From: an uncultured Chloroflexia bacterium | Lineage (GTDB): Bacteria > Chloroflexota > Limnocylindria > Limnocylindrales > CSP1-4 | NCBI GenBank assembly: GCA_963782715.1 | Contig: CAWAKU010000016.1 | Location: forward strand, 391,425 to 455,424 | DNA length: 64,000 nt | Direction: 5' to 3' | Shown here: positions 9,522 through 19,698 of the stretch, piece by piece | Position numbering within the stretch: the stretch's first letter is position 1 | Layout of the letters: every line of letters starts with the position of its first letter | Translations under genes and position numbers: made by a program | The notes under the pieces: model-generated | Seen by the model: the letters and a program-made list of their open reading frames with translations, nothing else | What the model was told of the DNA's origin: nothing | The model's database searches: none

Positions 9522-10313
9522 TCAGGGCGCGAGGGTACCCGCGAAGACCTGCCATGCGAGCAGCGACTTGGCAACGAGACTGAGGATGATGTAAGCGCGC
9601 TCCCCGAAGATGTACGAGCGCCAGCGGCCGACGCGCCGGTACTGGAGCCACATGTTGAGCGCGAAGATGTTGAAGAAGATGAACAGCGAGATGAAGATCG
9701 CGTAGACGAAGGCGGGCGGTTCGGCGGCGCTCCCGGGCGACACGAGGTAGACACCCACGGCCAGCCACGGGGCGATGCCGATGACGCAACCGAGCCAGAA
9801 CGGCCACAGGGAGCCGCCTGGCCCCTCGTACTTCTCCTGGACGGCTCCGAAGAAGATCATCGCGGCGTTGGCCGCGAAGATCCCGATGAGGGCTGCGATG
9901 TCGCTGATGCCGGTGAGCATGGCGATGAGCACGATCATCACCGATGACGACAGCGAGTACTCGGCCCAACGGTAGTAGTTGTGGCTAGCTTCGAGCCCGG
10001 AGATGTAGCGCCCGAAGATGCCCGGGGCGGCGACCAGCCAGTGGAAGCCCGCGGACAGGGCGAGGAAGAGGGCGACACCGAGGCCGATCGAGACCTCGAA
10101 TAGCGTGGTCGGAGCGCCGGCCGGTGTCCCTGGTGGACCCTCCATGAACGTCGCGGTGACGGGCAGGAGGAAGGCCGTGCTGAGAGCCACGATGGCGACC
10201 GCCTGCAGCGCATGGATGATCCCCATCCCGATGTTCCATCGGCGAAGGGAGGTGATCCGGGAGGCAGGCATGGCCAGCAGGGTGGAGGATGTGGCGGGGC
10301 TCGTGGCGGTCAT
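9522..10313 (-). CDS. Heliorhodopsin (inverted-topology 7TM retinal protein)
   Basis: 263 aa with 7 TM helices. Landmark residues match heliorhodopsin 48C12 numbering with a +11 offset: H34/H91 (48C12 H23/H80), counterion E118 in RWAEYS (E107), and Schiff-base Lys K249 in the last helix (LSLVAKSLLAW). N-terminal LRRWNIGMGIIHALQA motif. Confidence 0.8.
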   Translation of the reverse strand: MTATSPATSSTLLAMPASRITSLRRWNIGMGIIHALQAVAIVALSTAFLLPVTATFMEGPPGTPAGAPTTLFEVSIGLGVALFLALSAGFHWLVAAPGIFGRYISGLEASHNYYRWAEYSLSSSVMIVLIAMLTGISDIAALIGIFAANAAMIFFGAVQEKYEGPGGSLWPFWLGCVIGIAPWLAVGVYLVSPGSAAEPPAFVYAIFISLFIFFNIFALNMWLQYRRVGRWRSYIFGERAYIILSLVAKSLLAWQVFAGTLAP

Positions 10314-10334
10314 GGTGGTCCTTCGATCAATGAA

Positions 10335-10367
10335 GGCGGCGGGACCGGGCGTACCGGATCCCGCCGC
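10335..10367 (-). terminator. GC-rich hairpin between fasciclin gene stop and heliorhodopsin start (putative intrinsic terminator)
   Basis: Perfect 10-bp stem GGCGGCGGGA...TCCCGCCGCC enclosing a second CCGG..CCGG palindrome. On the minus strand it is followed by TTCATTGATCG, so the U-tract is weak as expected in high-GC taxa. Confidence 0.45.
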
Positions 10368-10386
10368 CAGGTTTGGCGGAGGCTGG

Positions 10387-10932
10387 TCAGCTGGCCGGCG
10401 GCAGGATGACCTGGTCGATGACGTGGATGATCCCGTTGGAGGTCATGATGTCGGTCTTGACGACCTGGGCGGTGTCGTTGAGATAGACCTTGCCGTCCTT
10501 GACGGCGATGGCGATCTTGGACCCCTCGACCGAGTCGGCGGAGGTCAGCTTGACCACCTGGTCGGCGGTCACCTTGCCCGACACGACGTGGTAGAGAAGG
10601 ATCTTCTTGAGGGCCGCCGGATCGGCCAGCAGCTTGTCCAGGGTACCGGCCGGCAGCGCCGCGAAGGCGGCATCGGTCGGTGCGAAGATGGTCAGCGGAC
10701 CGTCGCTCTTGAGCGTGTCGACGAGACCCGCGGCCGTCGCGGCTGTGAGCAGCGTCTTGAACGTGCCGGCGCCGTCCGCCGTGGCGACGATGTCGCCGAG
10801 TGCTGCCGACGGGGCGGCAGTGGCCGGAACCGCTGTCGGGGCTGGGGTGGCTGGTTTTGGCGTCGCCGCGGTCGCGCAGGCGGAGACAGCGAAAGCCGCC
10901 ACCGTCAGCGAGATGAACATGAAGCGCTTCAT
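10387..10932 (-). CDS. Fasciclin (FAS1) domain lipoprotein
   Basis: Signal peptide with lipobox ([11 protein letters not shown]), Ala/Pro/Thr-rich linker and a FAS1 domain ([14 protein letters not shown]...ILLYHVV...[12 protein letters not shown]). Confidence 0.9.
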   Translation of the reverse strand: MKRFMFISLTVAAFAVSACATAATPKPATPAPTAVPATAAPSAALGDIVATADGAGTFKTLLTAATAAGLVDTLKSDGPLTIFAPTDAAFAALPAGTLDKLLADPAALKKILLYHVVSGKVTADQVVKLTSADSVEGSKIAIAVKDGKVYLNDTAQVVKTDIMTSNGIIHVIDQVILPPAS

Positions 10933-11005
10933 CCTGTTGGTCTTCCCTTCGTTCGCGGCCGAGCCCGTCCATGGGGTCGGCCAGTGGCTTGGTCTTGACC
11001 TCCAG

Positions 11006-11034
11006 AGTATTTAGCACTAAATGCTTCCTGTCAA
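11006..11034 (-). promoter_or_regulatory. Sigma70-like promoter upstream of fasciclin gene (-35 TTGACA, 17-nt spacer, -10 AATACT) in an AT-rich island
   Basis: Read on the minus strand: TTGACAGGAAGCATTTAGTGCTAAATACT, followed by an AAGGGA Shine-Dalgarno 8 nt before the ATG. Contains a TTTAG..CTAAA inverted repeat. Confidence 0.4.
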
Positions 11035-11122
11035 CCGCCAAGATCGACTGTGTCATCGATGGGGTCCTGACCGGGCCGTCGCGCGACTGCGGCGTGACGC
11101 TCGGCGTGTGGCAGCCGCGACG

Positions 11123-11944
11123 CTAGCTGCGCCTGGGCCCCCGCAGCGACGCCGGGTCCGGTGCGAACAGGCGCAGCCGGTGGGCGAGGAGCGCGATCTC
11201 GCGGTCGAGCAGGCGGATGAGCGCCTCGAGGCGGACGACCGTGGTGGCCGCTTCCAGCAGGGCCTGCCGCCGCGGCAGCTCGAGCTGGACGATGCCCGAC
11301 AGCAGGTACGACAGGACGGTCGGGTCGTCCGGGATCACCAGGTCGTGCCGTCGGTCCGCCGGCGGCTCATCGGTGGCGGCGGCGGACCGGTCGGTCGCGG
11401 CGGCGGGCTCGGACGCTTCGATGTCGATATCGTCCTCGGCGTCGTCGGGCTCCGTCTCGGCGCCGCCAGAGCTGTCGACCTCGACCCGGATGTCGAGCAC
11501 TTCTGTCGTCTCGCCGTCGCGTGCCCGCATCAGCTCGAGGTAGCGCACGAAGCGGCGGATGGCCGAGGCTGACAGGCGTTCCGCGCGGGCCTCGTCGCCG
11601 ACCTCATCCTCGAGCGGCGTGACGTCGGCGATCAGGTACGGCTCGCGGCCAGGATCCACCGCCTGGATGGTGAAGCGGCCGGTGGCCGCCGCGAGCAGGT
11701 CGTAGCGGCCGTCCGGGTACCGCCCGGCCTCGCGGATCTCGACCAGCGCACCGACGCCGGCGAGCGCCAACGGGCGCGTTGCCGCGCCGACCTCGGCCCC
11801 CTCGCGGATGAGGACGACGCCGAATGGCTCACCGGTGTCGAGGCAGTGCCGCGTCAGCGCCCGGTAGCGATCCTCGAAGATGTGCAACGGCAGGACGATC
11901 CCCGGACACAGGACCGTGTGGAGCGGGAAGAGCGGGATCTCCAT
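11123..11944 (-). CDS. Lon protease N-terminal (LON substrate-binding) domain protein
   Basis: MEIPLFPLHTVLCPGIVLPLHIFEDRYR is the canonical Lon-N start. Contains an acidic insert. No ATPase or protease domain. Confidence 0.8.
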   Translation of the reverse strand: MEIPLFPLHTVLCPGIVLPLHIFEDRYRALTRHCLDTGEPFGVVLIREGAEVGAATRPLALAGVGALVEIREAGRYPDGRYDLLAAATGRFTIQAVDPGREPYLIADVTPLEDEVGDEARAERLSASAIRRFVRYLELMRARDGETTEVLDIRVEVDSSGGAETEPDDAEDDIDIEASEPAAATDRSAAATDEPPADRRHDLVIPDDPTVLSYLLSGIVQLELPRRQALLEAATTVVRLEALIRLLDREIALLAHRLRLFAPDPASLRGPRRS

Positions 11945-11956
11945 CGCCCCGCGAGT

Positions 11957-13579
11957 CTAGCCCGCCCCGGGCTCCAGCCGCGCGACGATCGGCGGCGGGG
12001 TGGCGGCCGGTCGGCGGACGGTCGGTCCGCGTTCGACCCAGGCGCGGGTCCGATCGGCGCGATCCACGGAGCTCGTCGCATCGAAGACGTGATGGCGGCC
12101 CTTGCCGAGCGCCTTGGCCTGGTACATCGCGATGTCTGCGTCGCCGAGCAGGTCGTCGACGCTGCGCATCGAGGCCGCGTCGACGGCGATGCCGATGCTT
12201 GCGCCGACTTCGACCGTGACCCCGACGACCTCGATCGGCTCGCTGAGCCGTCGCAGCAGGCGCTCGGCGACCGTGACCGCGAACTCCGGCCCGGGGATCT
12301 CGGTCAGCAGGACGCCGAACTCGTCGCCACCGATCCGCGCCGCGATGTCCGTCGCCCGAAGATCGCTGCGGAGGCGGGCCGAGACGCCGATCAGGAGTGC
12401 GTCGCCGGCGGCATGCCCGAGGCTGTCGTTGACGTTCTTGAAGTCATCGAGGTCGAGGAACAGGACAGCCATGGTCCCCGGCGCGGTCCGGGCGGTCAGC
12501 GCGGCCTCGGCTGCTTCGACGAAACGACGCCGATTGGTCAGACCGGTCAGCGGGTCGTGGAACGCCTGGAAGCTCAGCTGCGCCTCGAGCGCGCGACGCT
12601 TGGCGACGTCGCGGGCGAGCGTCCCGACCAATCCGGCCAACCGGGCGAGCACGAGCAGCGAGAGGACGGCGGTCCCGGCGGCGATGACCGCCAGCGTGCC
12701 GTCGGCGTTCGGGCCGATCGTGACGAGGATCGGCCCGGTCACCATCGCCAGGGCGAGGCCGGCCATCCGGACCGGCCCGAGCCAGGTGACCGCGACCGGA
12801 TGGGGCTCGGTCAGCCGACCCATCGACGGGTGCAGGGCGGCCGCCCCGAACAACAGGTACGAGACGAGGTAGAGGCTGTCGAGCGCGCCGCCGCTGACAT
12901 AGGTGCCGTCGAGGTTCTGGATGGCGTAGATCTGGTCCGCGACGAGCAGCACGGCGAGGCTCGCGCCGAGCAGCCGGAACGACGCGGTCCGGACACCTGG
13001 CGTCGTCAGCAGGCCCATGGCGACCCCGATGAGGATGAGGTCGGCGATGGGATAGGCCAGGGTGATGGCGAGCGACACTGTGTCGAGGTCGCTGTTGACC
13101 AACTGCGGCTGGATCAGGAAGGTCCATGACAGGATCACCGCGGCCGTCGTGAGGATCGCCGCGTCGAGGAGGCCGCCCCGGTCGCCGTCGCCGACGCGGC
13201 GGCGGATCATCATCAGCAGGCCGGCCGCGATGAACGGGTAGCCGGCGAGATAGAGCACGTCGGCCATCGAGGGAAACGGATCCTCGCCGACCACCTCGTA
13301 CCAGTTCCAGAGCAGGTCGCCCGCAACGAACAGCCCCTGGCCGATCGCCATCAGGATCCAGGGCAGCGGCCGATCCGGCTTGTTCCGCAAGACCCCGATG
13401 AAGGCCGCCGCGACGGCGGACGCACCGATGACGTCGTACAGCAGGCTCTGCGACAGGACGCCTGTCTCCATCGCGCGGTGGACGGCGAGCAACAGCGCCC
13501 CGATGGCGAGGTACGCCATCCAGGCTTGAACGCGCGGGTTGGTCGGTCGATTTATCAGGCGTGCAGCAGTGGGGTCCAT
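11957..13579 (-). CDS. Membrane-anchored diguanylate cyclase (GGDEF domain) with multi-TM N-terminal sensor region
   Basis: About 8 TM helices, then FHDPLTGLTNRRRF...IGGDEFGVLL (GGDEF active site) and DADIAMYQAK. The start is ambiguous between MDPTAAR and MAYLAIG. Followed 13 nt later by the Lon-N gene. Confidence 0.8.
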   Translation of the reverse strand: MDPTAARLINRPTNPRVQAWMAYLAIGALLLAVHRAMETGVLSQSLLYDVIGASAVAAAFIGVLRNKPDRPLPWILMAIGQGLFVAGDLLWNWYEVVGEDPFPSMADVLYLAGYPFIAAGLLMMIRRRVGDGDRGGLLDAAILTTAAVILSWTFLIQPQLVNSDLDTVSLAITLAYPIADLILIGVAMGLLTTPGVRTASFRLLGASLAVLLVADQIYAIQNLDGTYVSGGALDSLYLVSYLLFGAAALHPSMGRLTEPHPVAVTWLGPVRMAGLALAMVTGPILVTIGPNADGTLAVIAAGTAVLSLLVLARLAGLVGTLARDVAKRRALEAQLSFQAFHDPLTGLTNRRRFVEAAEAALTARTAPGTMAVLFLDLDDFKNVNDSLGHAAGDALLIGVSARLRSDLRATDIAARIGGDEFGVLLTEIPGPEFAVTVAERLLRRLSEPIEVVGVTVEVGASIGIAVDAASMRSVDDLLGDADIAMYQAKALGKGRHHVFDATSSVDRADRTRAWVERGPTVRRPAATPPPIVARLEPGAG

Positions 13580-13779
13580 GCGGTGACGGTGACCTCGACA
13601 GGCTCTCCCGGACCGCAGTGGACCGCCCATGGCTCCGCTGTACCGGTCCCGGAGGCCATTCGTCGTACGTCGGGCACAAGTCAGCGCGGGCGATGGAGCC
13701 GGAAACGACGAAGCCGCCGGTCGCCCGGCGGCTCGTGATGGCGCGATCCGGCCAGATGGCCGGTGCGACGCTCAGACGG

Positions 13780-14190
13780 TCAGTGGGCGCAGCCGCGCGG
13801 CGCGCCGCCGTCGTCGGCAGTCCGGAAGCTCGAGCCGCAGCCACACGCCGCGACCGCGTTCGGGTTGTTGACCGTGAAGCCGGCGCCCATCAGGGTGTCG
13901 ACGTAGTCGATCTGCGAGCCCTTGAGCAGGTCCACGCTCTGGCCGTCGACGTAGACCTTGATGCCGCTCACGTCGAGCACGCGATCCTCGGGCGTCGGGG
14001 CGTCTTCGAGCATCATCCCGTAGCGGAAACCCGAGCAGCCGCCGGAGTAGACGTACACCCGCAGGCCGATGGCCGGATTGGTCTCTTCCTTGGTCAGCTC
14101 GGTGAGCTTGCTGACGGCTGCGTCGGTGAGCGACACCACGGTCGTCGTCAGCGGCTGCAGGTCGATCGTCGTCGGCTGCTGGTCGATCAT
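13780..14190 (-). CDS. erpA: HesB/IscA/SufA-family Fe-S cluster insertion protein (A-type carrier)
   Basis: 136 aa from MIDQQPTT. Has VYVYSGGCSGFRY and C-terminal CGCGSSF, the three conserved A-type carrier cysteines. Confidence 0.85.
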   Translation of the reverse strand: MIDQQPTTIDLQPLTTTVVSLTDAAVSKLTELTKEETNPAIGLRVYVYSGGCSGFRYGMMLEDAPTPEDRVLDVSGIKVYVDGQSVDLLKGSQIDYVDTLMGAGFTVNNPNAVAACGCGSSFRTADDGGAPRGCAH

Positions 14191-14316
14191 CGGGCGGTTC
14201 CCTCCGGGAGGTCTCGGGACGTGGGACGGTCGTGATGCGTGCGTCGTGTTCGCACATCGTACGCAGGACAACGGGTTTCGACAAGCATCCGCGCCGAAAC
14301 TCCCGTACCCGCGTCC

Positions 14317-15552
14317 CTAGGCCGAATTGTCCAGGCGCTCGACGATGGTCGCGATGCCCTGGCCGACGCCGATGCACATGGTGGCGAGTCCGTAGCGGCC
14401 GCCGGTCCGGCGCAGCTCGTGGGTCAGCATCGTGATGAGGCGGCCGCCGCTCATGCCGAGCGGATGGCCGAGCGCGATGGCGCCGCCGTTGACGTTGACC
14501 CTGGCCGGATCGAGCCCGAGCTCGTCCATGCACACCAGAGACTGCGATGCAAAGGCCTCATTGAGCTCGATCAGGTCGAGGTCCGCGACGCCGATCCCGG
14601 CACGCTCGAGCGCCTTGCGGGTGGCCGGCACCGGGCCGACACCCATGATCGCCGGGTCCACCCCGGCGACGGCCGTCGAGACGACCCGGGCGAGCGGCCG
14701 CAGGCCCAGCTCGCGGGCGCGATCCGCCTCGACGAGCAGGACCGCGGATGCGCCGTCGTTGATGCCGGAGCTGTTGCCGGCGGTGACGGTGCCCTCGGGT
14801 CGGAAGGCGGGCTTGAGCCGCGCCAGCGCGTCGATGGTCGAGTCGGCGCGCGGATGCTCGTCGCGGTCGATGACGAGCGGGTCGCCCTTGCGTTGCGGGA
14901 CGCTGATCGGGACGATCTGGTCGGCGAACCGGCCGGCCTCGATGGCGGCCACGGCCCGCTGCTGGCTCTCGAGCGCGAACGCATCCTGGCGCTCGCGCGG
15001 GACGTTCCAGCGCTCGGCCACGTTCTCGGCGGTCTCGCCCATCGAATACGGGTGATGGCGCTCAGCCAGGCGCGGGTTGACGAACCGCCAGCCGAGGGTC
15101 GTGTCCGCCATCTCGCGGGCGCCCCGGTCGTATGGCCCTTCGGCCTTGAGCTGGACGTACGGCGCGCGGGTCATCGATTCGACGCCGCCGCCGATGAACA
15201 CGTCGCCGTCGCCGACCGCGATCGCGTGCGCCGCGGAGTTGATCGCCTGGAGTCCGGACCCGCACAGCCGATTGACGGTCAGCCCACCGACCTCGACCGG
15301 GAAATCCGCCAGCAGGAGTGCCATCCGGGCGACGTCGCGGTTGTCCTCGCCGGCCTGGTTGGCGCAACCGAGGATGACGTCCTCGACAAGGGCTGGATCG
15401 AGTCCGGCGCGATCGACGACGGCGCGCAGGACGGCGGCGGCAAGATCGTCCGGCCGGACGCTCGCGAGCGCTCCGCCGTAGCGGCCGATGGGGGTGCGGA
15501 CAGCCTCAACGATCCAGGCGTCGCGCAGCGGCCGGTGGGTGTCTCGGGTCAT
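14317..15552 (-). CDS. paaJ: Acetyl-CoA C-acyltransferase (thiolase; beta-ketoadipyl-CoA thiolase PaaJ/FadA-like)
   Basis: 411 aa. [11 protein letters not shown], active-site [18 protein letters not shown] and [16 protein letters not shown] are all present. Confidence 0.9.
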   Translation of the reverse strand: MTRDTHRPLRDAWIVEAVRTPIGRYGGALASVRPDDLAAAVLRAVVDRAGLDPALVEDVILGCANQAGEDNRDVARMALLLADFPVEVGGLTVNRLCGSGLQAINSAAHAIAVGDGDVFIGGGVESMTRAPYVQLKAEGPYDRGAREMADTTLGWRFVNPRLAERHHPYSMGETAENVAERWNVPRERQDAFALESQQRAVAAIEAGRFADQIVPISVPQRKGDPLVIDRDEHPRADSTIDALARLKPAFRPEGTVTAGNSSGINDGASAVLLVEADRARELGLRPLARVVSTAVAGVDPAIMGVGPVPATRKALERAGIGVADLDLIELNEAFASQSLVCMDELGLDPARVNVNGGAIALGHPLGMSGGRLITMLTHELRRTGGRYGLATMCIGVGQGIATIVERLDNSA

Positions 15553-15569
15553 GCCGTTGATGGTAGCGG

Positions 15570-16748
15570 CTATGGACGGGTCGCCCAGCCGGCGAAGGTC
15601 GAGATCGCGCCCGGCTCGTCGATGCGGACGGAGGTCCCAGCCCGGGTGTCGAGCCGGAACAGCCCCGCCGTCGCTGTGCCGGGATCGCCCATGCTGAGGA
15701 TCACCGCCGAATTGTCCGGCGCGACTCCGGCGATCGTCGCGTCGACCGTCGATGCGATGGTGGCGTGCTCGTCGGGTGTCGCTGGTTTCGAGCCCGTGGG
15801 TCGGACGATGCGCACCAGGCGGATGGTGTCCTTGCCCCCGAGGGTGACCCACTGCCCGGTGCCGGCGGCGTCCCACGTGTGATCGACGATGGCCGGGTCC
15901 GGGCCGGGCTGGCGTTCGATGAGCCAGGCGAGCGGGGTGTCCTGGCCCGCCCGCTGCTCGATGATCGCCCGTTCCGACGTCGTCGCTCCGTCCGACACCG
16001 AATCGCTGACGAACGCCCCGTCCGCGCCGTACGGCCGATCGCGACCGGTCGCCGGCCACGGTGGTCGTGCCCCGGCTGCGAACGTCCCGTCGAGTCCCAG
16101 GACGCCCGCTGTGGACGAATCGGTACTCCCGTCGTAGCGCGACGCCAGCAGGCCCGAACCGTCTGCAGCCCAGACGTCCGCGGCATCGACTCCCTCCGGG
16201 TCGACGATGGTGGTGGTCCGGCCGGAGGCCGGGTCGACGAGCGTCACTCCGGTCGCGTGAGTGATCGCCAGCCGGCCATCCGGACCCCAGGCCGGCGTCC
16301 CCGCGGACACGACGAGCGGCGCCCGCGCCGGTGCCTGGAGGTCGAAGACCAGCCGGCGGGCGACCGGATCGCCCCCGGCGGTCTGGTCGAACGGTCCTTC
16401 CACGGCGATGGTCAGGAAGCCGCCCGGGCTGACCCGGATCGGCTCGCCCTCGAGGATCGTCGTGCCTTCGGGAAGCCCGGCGACGACGTTCGGGATGGAC
16501 GCGACGGGAACACGGCGGCCGTCGGGTGCGACGGCCTCGACGATCAGGGCGCCCGTGAGCACGGCCGCGACCTGGGGCAGCGTGGCCACGAAGGCATCGG
16601 CGGTGCCGAGGTCGACCGCCGCGCTGGCGCTGGGTGAGGTGGTTCCGGTGGCGGTCGGGAGCGTGGACGCATCCGGGCGCGAGGTGGCGGTCGACTGGCC
16701 ACAGGCCACCAGCGACAGCGCGGCGAGGATGACCAGCGGGATGCGCAT
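15570..16748 (-). CDS. Secreted lipoprotein with TolB-like beta-propeller repeats
   Basis: SPII signal [18 protein letters not shown], then repeated DG..L....G..LVD blades. Embedded between paaJ and paaH. Confidence 0.65.
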   Translation of the reverse strand: MRIPLVILAALSLVACGQSTATSRPDASTLPTATGTTSPSASAAVDLGTADAFVATLPQVAAVLTGALIVEAVAPDGRRVPVASIPNVVAGLPEGTTILEGEPIRVSPGGFLTIAVEGPFDQTAGGDPVARRLVFDLQAPARAPLVVSAGTPAWGPDGRLAITHATGVTLVDPASGRTTTIVDPEGVDAADVWAADGSGLLASRYDGSTDSSTAGVLGLDGTFAAGARPPWPATGRDRPYGADGAFVSDSVSDGATTSERAIIEQRAGQDTPLAWLIERQPGPDPAIVDHTWDAAGTGQWVTLGGKDTIRLVRIVRPTGSKPATPDEHATIASTVDATIAGVAPDNSAVILSMGDPGTATAGLFRLDTRAGTSVRIDEPGAISTFAGWATRP

Positions 16749-16750
16749 CG

Positions 16751-18006
16751 ATCGTGGGACGCGACGGCCGCCCGGACCGTGACGGGCCGTCACCGAGGCT
16801 GCCGGCGCCGAGGCCAGCAATGGCGGTGCCGGGTCGAACCGGGGTCCGCGGCCCTCCTCGGCGCGGAGCGCCGCCAGCACGCGTCGCCGGACCACCGAGC
16901 TCGCGCGCCCGCTCGAACGGTCCGCTCGGGTGGTTCGCCCCAAGGCGCATCGCGAGGTCGATATGGGCCGGGGTCGCGACATCGTCACCGGCCGCCCGGT
17001 AGGCCTCGTTGACGACGGCCAGCGTGAGACGCCGGGCGATCGTGGCGCCGTCGAGTCGATCGTCGCGGTCTGTCGGCCGACCGAACCCCGGCGCAGGGCC
17101 GATGCGCTGTCCCTCGTCGTCGTACAGGTAGAAGCCCGAATCGGTCTTGCGCCCAAGGCTGCCGTCGGCGACCAGCCGCTCCTGGATGGGCGAGGGGCGG
17201 AAACGCTCGGCCAGCGGGTCGGCGGCGGCGACCGACCCGGCGAAGACGCCACGCGCCGCCGCGAGGTTGACGTCGAGGCCGACCAGGTCCATGAGCTCGA
17301 ACGGACCCATCGGGTAGCCGTCGGCTCGCATGGCCGCATCGATCCCCTCGACCGACGCGTCACCGGCCTCGAGCAGGGCCAGGGCCTCCAGGGTGAACGG
17401 CCGGTTGACGCGGTTGACGATGAACCCCGGTGTGTCACGACAGCGCACGGGGACCTTGCCCCACGCCGTCATGAGCGCGGTGGCCCGGTCGAGGATGGCC
17501 GGGTCGGCGGTGGCCGTCGCGACCACCTCGACCAGCGGCATGACCGGCGCCGGGTTGAAGAAGTGGAGGCCGATGACCCGTTCCGGGCGACGGGCCATGA
17601 CGGCGATGGCAGCCACCGACAGGGCGCTGGTATTCGTCGCCAGGATCGAGCTCGGCGGCGTCGACGCGTCGAGGGCCGCGAAGATGGCCTGCTTGGCCTC
17701 GAGATCCTCGAGCGCCGCCTCGACGACGAGGTCTGGCCCGGCGGCGGCGAGATCGTGGAGAGTGGGCGCCTCGTGGAGGCCGGCGAGCCGCTCGCCCACC
17801 CAACGGGTGGCGGAGTCGGCGTCAAGGTCCAGTCGCGCGGCGCGCCGTTCGAGGCCGCTTCGGACACGCGTCCGGCCGCGCTCGATGGCGGCCGCATCGA
17901 TGTCGTGGATCCAGACCTGGTGTCCCGCCTCGAGCGCGAGCTGGGCGATCCCGGCGCCCATCGTGCCGGCACCGACCACGCCGACCGGGTCGTGGCGATC
18001 GCGCAT
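16751..18006 (-). CDS. paaH: 3-hydroxyacyl-CoA dehydrogenase with duplicated C-terminal domain (PaaH/FadB-type). The 3' end is unresolved because there is no in-frame stop
   Basis: [25 protein letters not shown]-binding fold, [13 protein letters not shown], and two 3HCDH C-domains. The reading frame then runs without a stop through the lipoprotein and thiolase genes, forming the 1548-aa ORF in the track. A frameshift or indel is likely near 16.75-16.87 kb. Confidence 0.7.
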
Positions 18007-18008
18007 GG

Positions 18009-18557
18009 TCAGACGGGCTTGATGGCTTCGAACGGTTGACGGCAGTCCGCGCAGTAACGGATCGTCCGGCACTGGGTCGGCCCGAAGGCGTTCTCGAGGA
18101 CCGTCCGGCGCGAGCCGCAGTGCGGGCACGGGACGCGCGGCTCGAGCTCGATGAGGCTGGACGCGTCCGCGGGGCCGGGCGGAGCGATCCCGGCGGCCAG
18201 CAGCGCGGCGCGACCGGCGTCGCTGATCCGTTCGCTCGTCCAGGGCACCTCGAAGGTGGCCGAGACTGCGACCGGGCGCCCGAAGGCGGCCAGGCGCGTC
18301 GCGATCGCCGCCTTGATGAGCTCGAGCGCCGGGCAGCCGACGAAGGTCGGCAGGATCTCGACCCGGATGACGCCAGCCGCGTCGATCTCGACGCGATGGA
18401 CGATGCCGAGGTCGACGACGGACAGCATCGGGAGCTCGGGGTCGGGGACCTCCGCGAGGGCCGCGTGGACCGCGGCCTCGTCCGGGCGTGGTGTCCGGCC
18501 CGTGACGGCTCCGGCGCGCGCCCGCGCGATGCCGACCTGGGTCCCCGCCTCGCTCAC
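18009..18557 (-). CDS. paaD: 1,2-phenylacetyl-CoA epoxidase subunit D (PaaD; DUF59/SufT-like N-domain + C-terminal Zn ribbon)
   Basis: [19 protein letters not shown]59 motif and CPHCGS...CADC zinc ribbon. The GTG start overlaps the paaC stop (GTGA). Confidence 0.8.
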   Translation of the reverse strand: MSEAGTQVGIARARAGAVTGRTPRPDEAAVHAALAEVPDPELPMLSVVDLGIVHRVEIDAAGVIRVEILPTFVGCPALELIKAAIATRLAAFGRPVAVSATFEVPWTSERISDAGRAALLAAGIAPPGPADASSLIELEPRVPCPHCGSRRTVLENAFGPTQCRTIRYCADCRQPFEAIKPV

Positions 18558-19321
18558 CAGCTCGCTCCCGGGTCCGACCGGCGGACCAGCGTGAATTCGC
18601 CCCACAGCCAGCTGAATGCCAGGCCGTGATCGAGCCGGCCGCGCTGCGGGTCGCTGGCGGCCGGTGGCATCGGCAGGCGGAGGCGTTCGAAGGCAGGCGC
18701 GATGGCGGCGCGCCAGCGACGTTCGAGCTCGGCGGAACCGGCGGCAAGGATGCCCGCCTCGAGGAGTGCCGGTTCATCGGGGAGCGGCGTGAACACGGTC
18801 GCTGCATCCGGGGCGAGCTCGACGAGCGCGGCCAGCAGACGGTCGCGCGGCTCGCCATCGGTCCGGGCCAGCCGGTCGAGCCACGCCGTCGCGTGCATCC
18901 GGTGATAGCGCTCCTCGCGGATGAGCTTCGCCGTGAGATCGGCCAGCGGTGCCCACGATCCACCGGCCAGTGCGTCGAGGCGGATCGCGTCGGCCGTGTC
19001 GTACAGGGAGCGGCGGGCGATCGTCATCGCCCAGTCGCCCCGGCCGTGGTCGAGCAGCCGGCAGTGGCGATAGGCGTCCGGCTCGCGGTCGTATGCCAGC
19101 GCGTCGGGGTCGGTGCCGGTCAGCTCGGCCAGCAGGCCGTAGAGCGCCGCGGCGTGGCCGATCTCGTCCTGGGCGAGGGAGCTCATCGCCACGTCCTCCT
19201 CGAGGAGCGGCGCGATCCCCGTCCATTCCGAGTCGGAGAAGCCGATGACGAACTCGTCATCGGCCATCGCCAGCAGGAGGTCGGCCAGGGCCGTGGTCGG
19301 CAGGGTGACCGTGGCGCTCAC
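18554..19321 (-). CDS. paaC: 1,2-phenylacetyl-CoA epoxidase subunit C (PaaC)
   Basis: 255 aa with the ferritin-like PaaC fold. Translationally coupled to paaB and paaD by start/stop overlaps. Confidence 0.8.
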   Translation of the reverse strand: MSATVTLPTTALADLLLAMADDEFVIGFSDSEWTGIAPLLEEDVAMSSLAQDEIGHAAALYGLLAELTGTDPDALAYDREPDAYRHCRLLDHGRGDWAMTIARRSLYDTADAIRLDALAGGSWAPLADLTAKLIREERYHRMHATAWLDRLARTDGEPRDRLLAALVELAPDAATVFTPLPDEPALLEAGILAAGSAELERRWRAAIAPAFERLRLPMPPAASDPQRGRLDHGLAFSWLWGEFTLVRRSDPGASW

Positions 19322-19698
19322 TTCGACCGTGCCTTGGGCTTGGCCTGCCCGGACTGTTCGCGGGCGGCGGCGAGCTTGTCGCGCATGACGTAGCCGCCGG
19401 GCTTCTTGAACGAGCGGTCAAGCGGTGGCTGGAGGAGGTCCGGGTCGTCGAGGTCGAGGATGTCGGCGCGGCGGACGATCCACAGCCGGATGCTCTCCTG
19501 GCGCCGACCGAACAGCTCGCGGGCGTAGTGGATGGCCAGCTCGGCGTCGGGGGCCATGACGCTGCCACCGTGGCGCATCGGGTCGCCGTCCTTCTCGCGC
19601 CGGAAGACCTCCCATGCCTCGAGGACCGGTACGGGCCGGCCGGCCTCCTCGGCTCGGGTGGCCAGGCCGGCCGCGGCGGCCGGCTCGTCGGCGTTCAT
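19318..19698 (-). CDS. paaB: 1,2-phenylacetyl-CoA epoxidase subunit B (PaaB)
   Basis: 126 aa from MNADEP. VLEAWEVFRREKDGDPMRHGGSV...ELAIHYARELFGRRQES matches conserved PaaB. ATGA overlap with paaA. Confidence 0.85.
   Translation of the reverse strand: MNADEPAAAAGLATRAEEAGRPVPVLEAWEVFRREKDGDPMRHGGSVMAPDAELAIHYARELFGRRQESIRLWIVRRADILDLDDPDLLQPPLDRSFKKPGGYVMRDKLAAAREQSGQAKPKARSK

Noticed and set aside
14317-18963. Single 1548-aa ORF suggesting a giant fusion protein
   Set aside because: It is a run-through of three separate genes (paaJ thiolase, an out-of-frame lipoprotein region, paaH), plus non-coding frame over paaD. Starts and stops of the component genes are individually identifiable. It is explained by a missing stop or frameshift after paaH.
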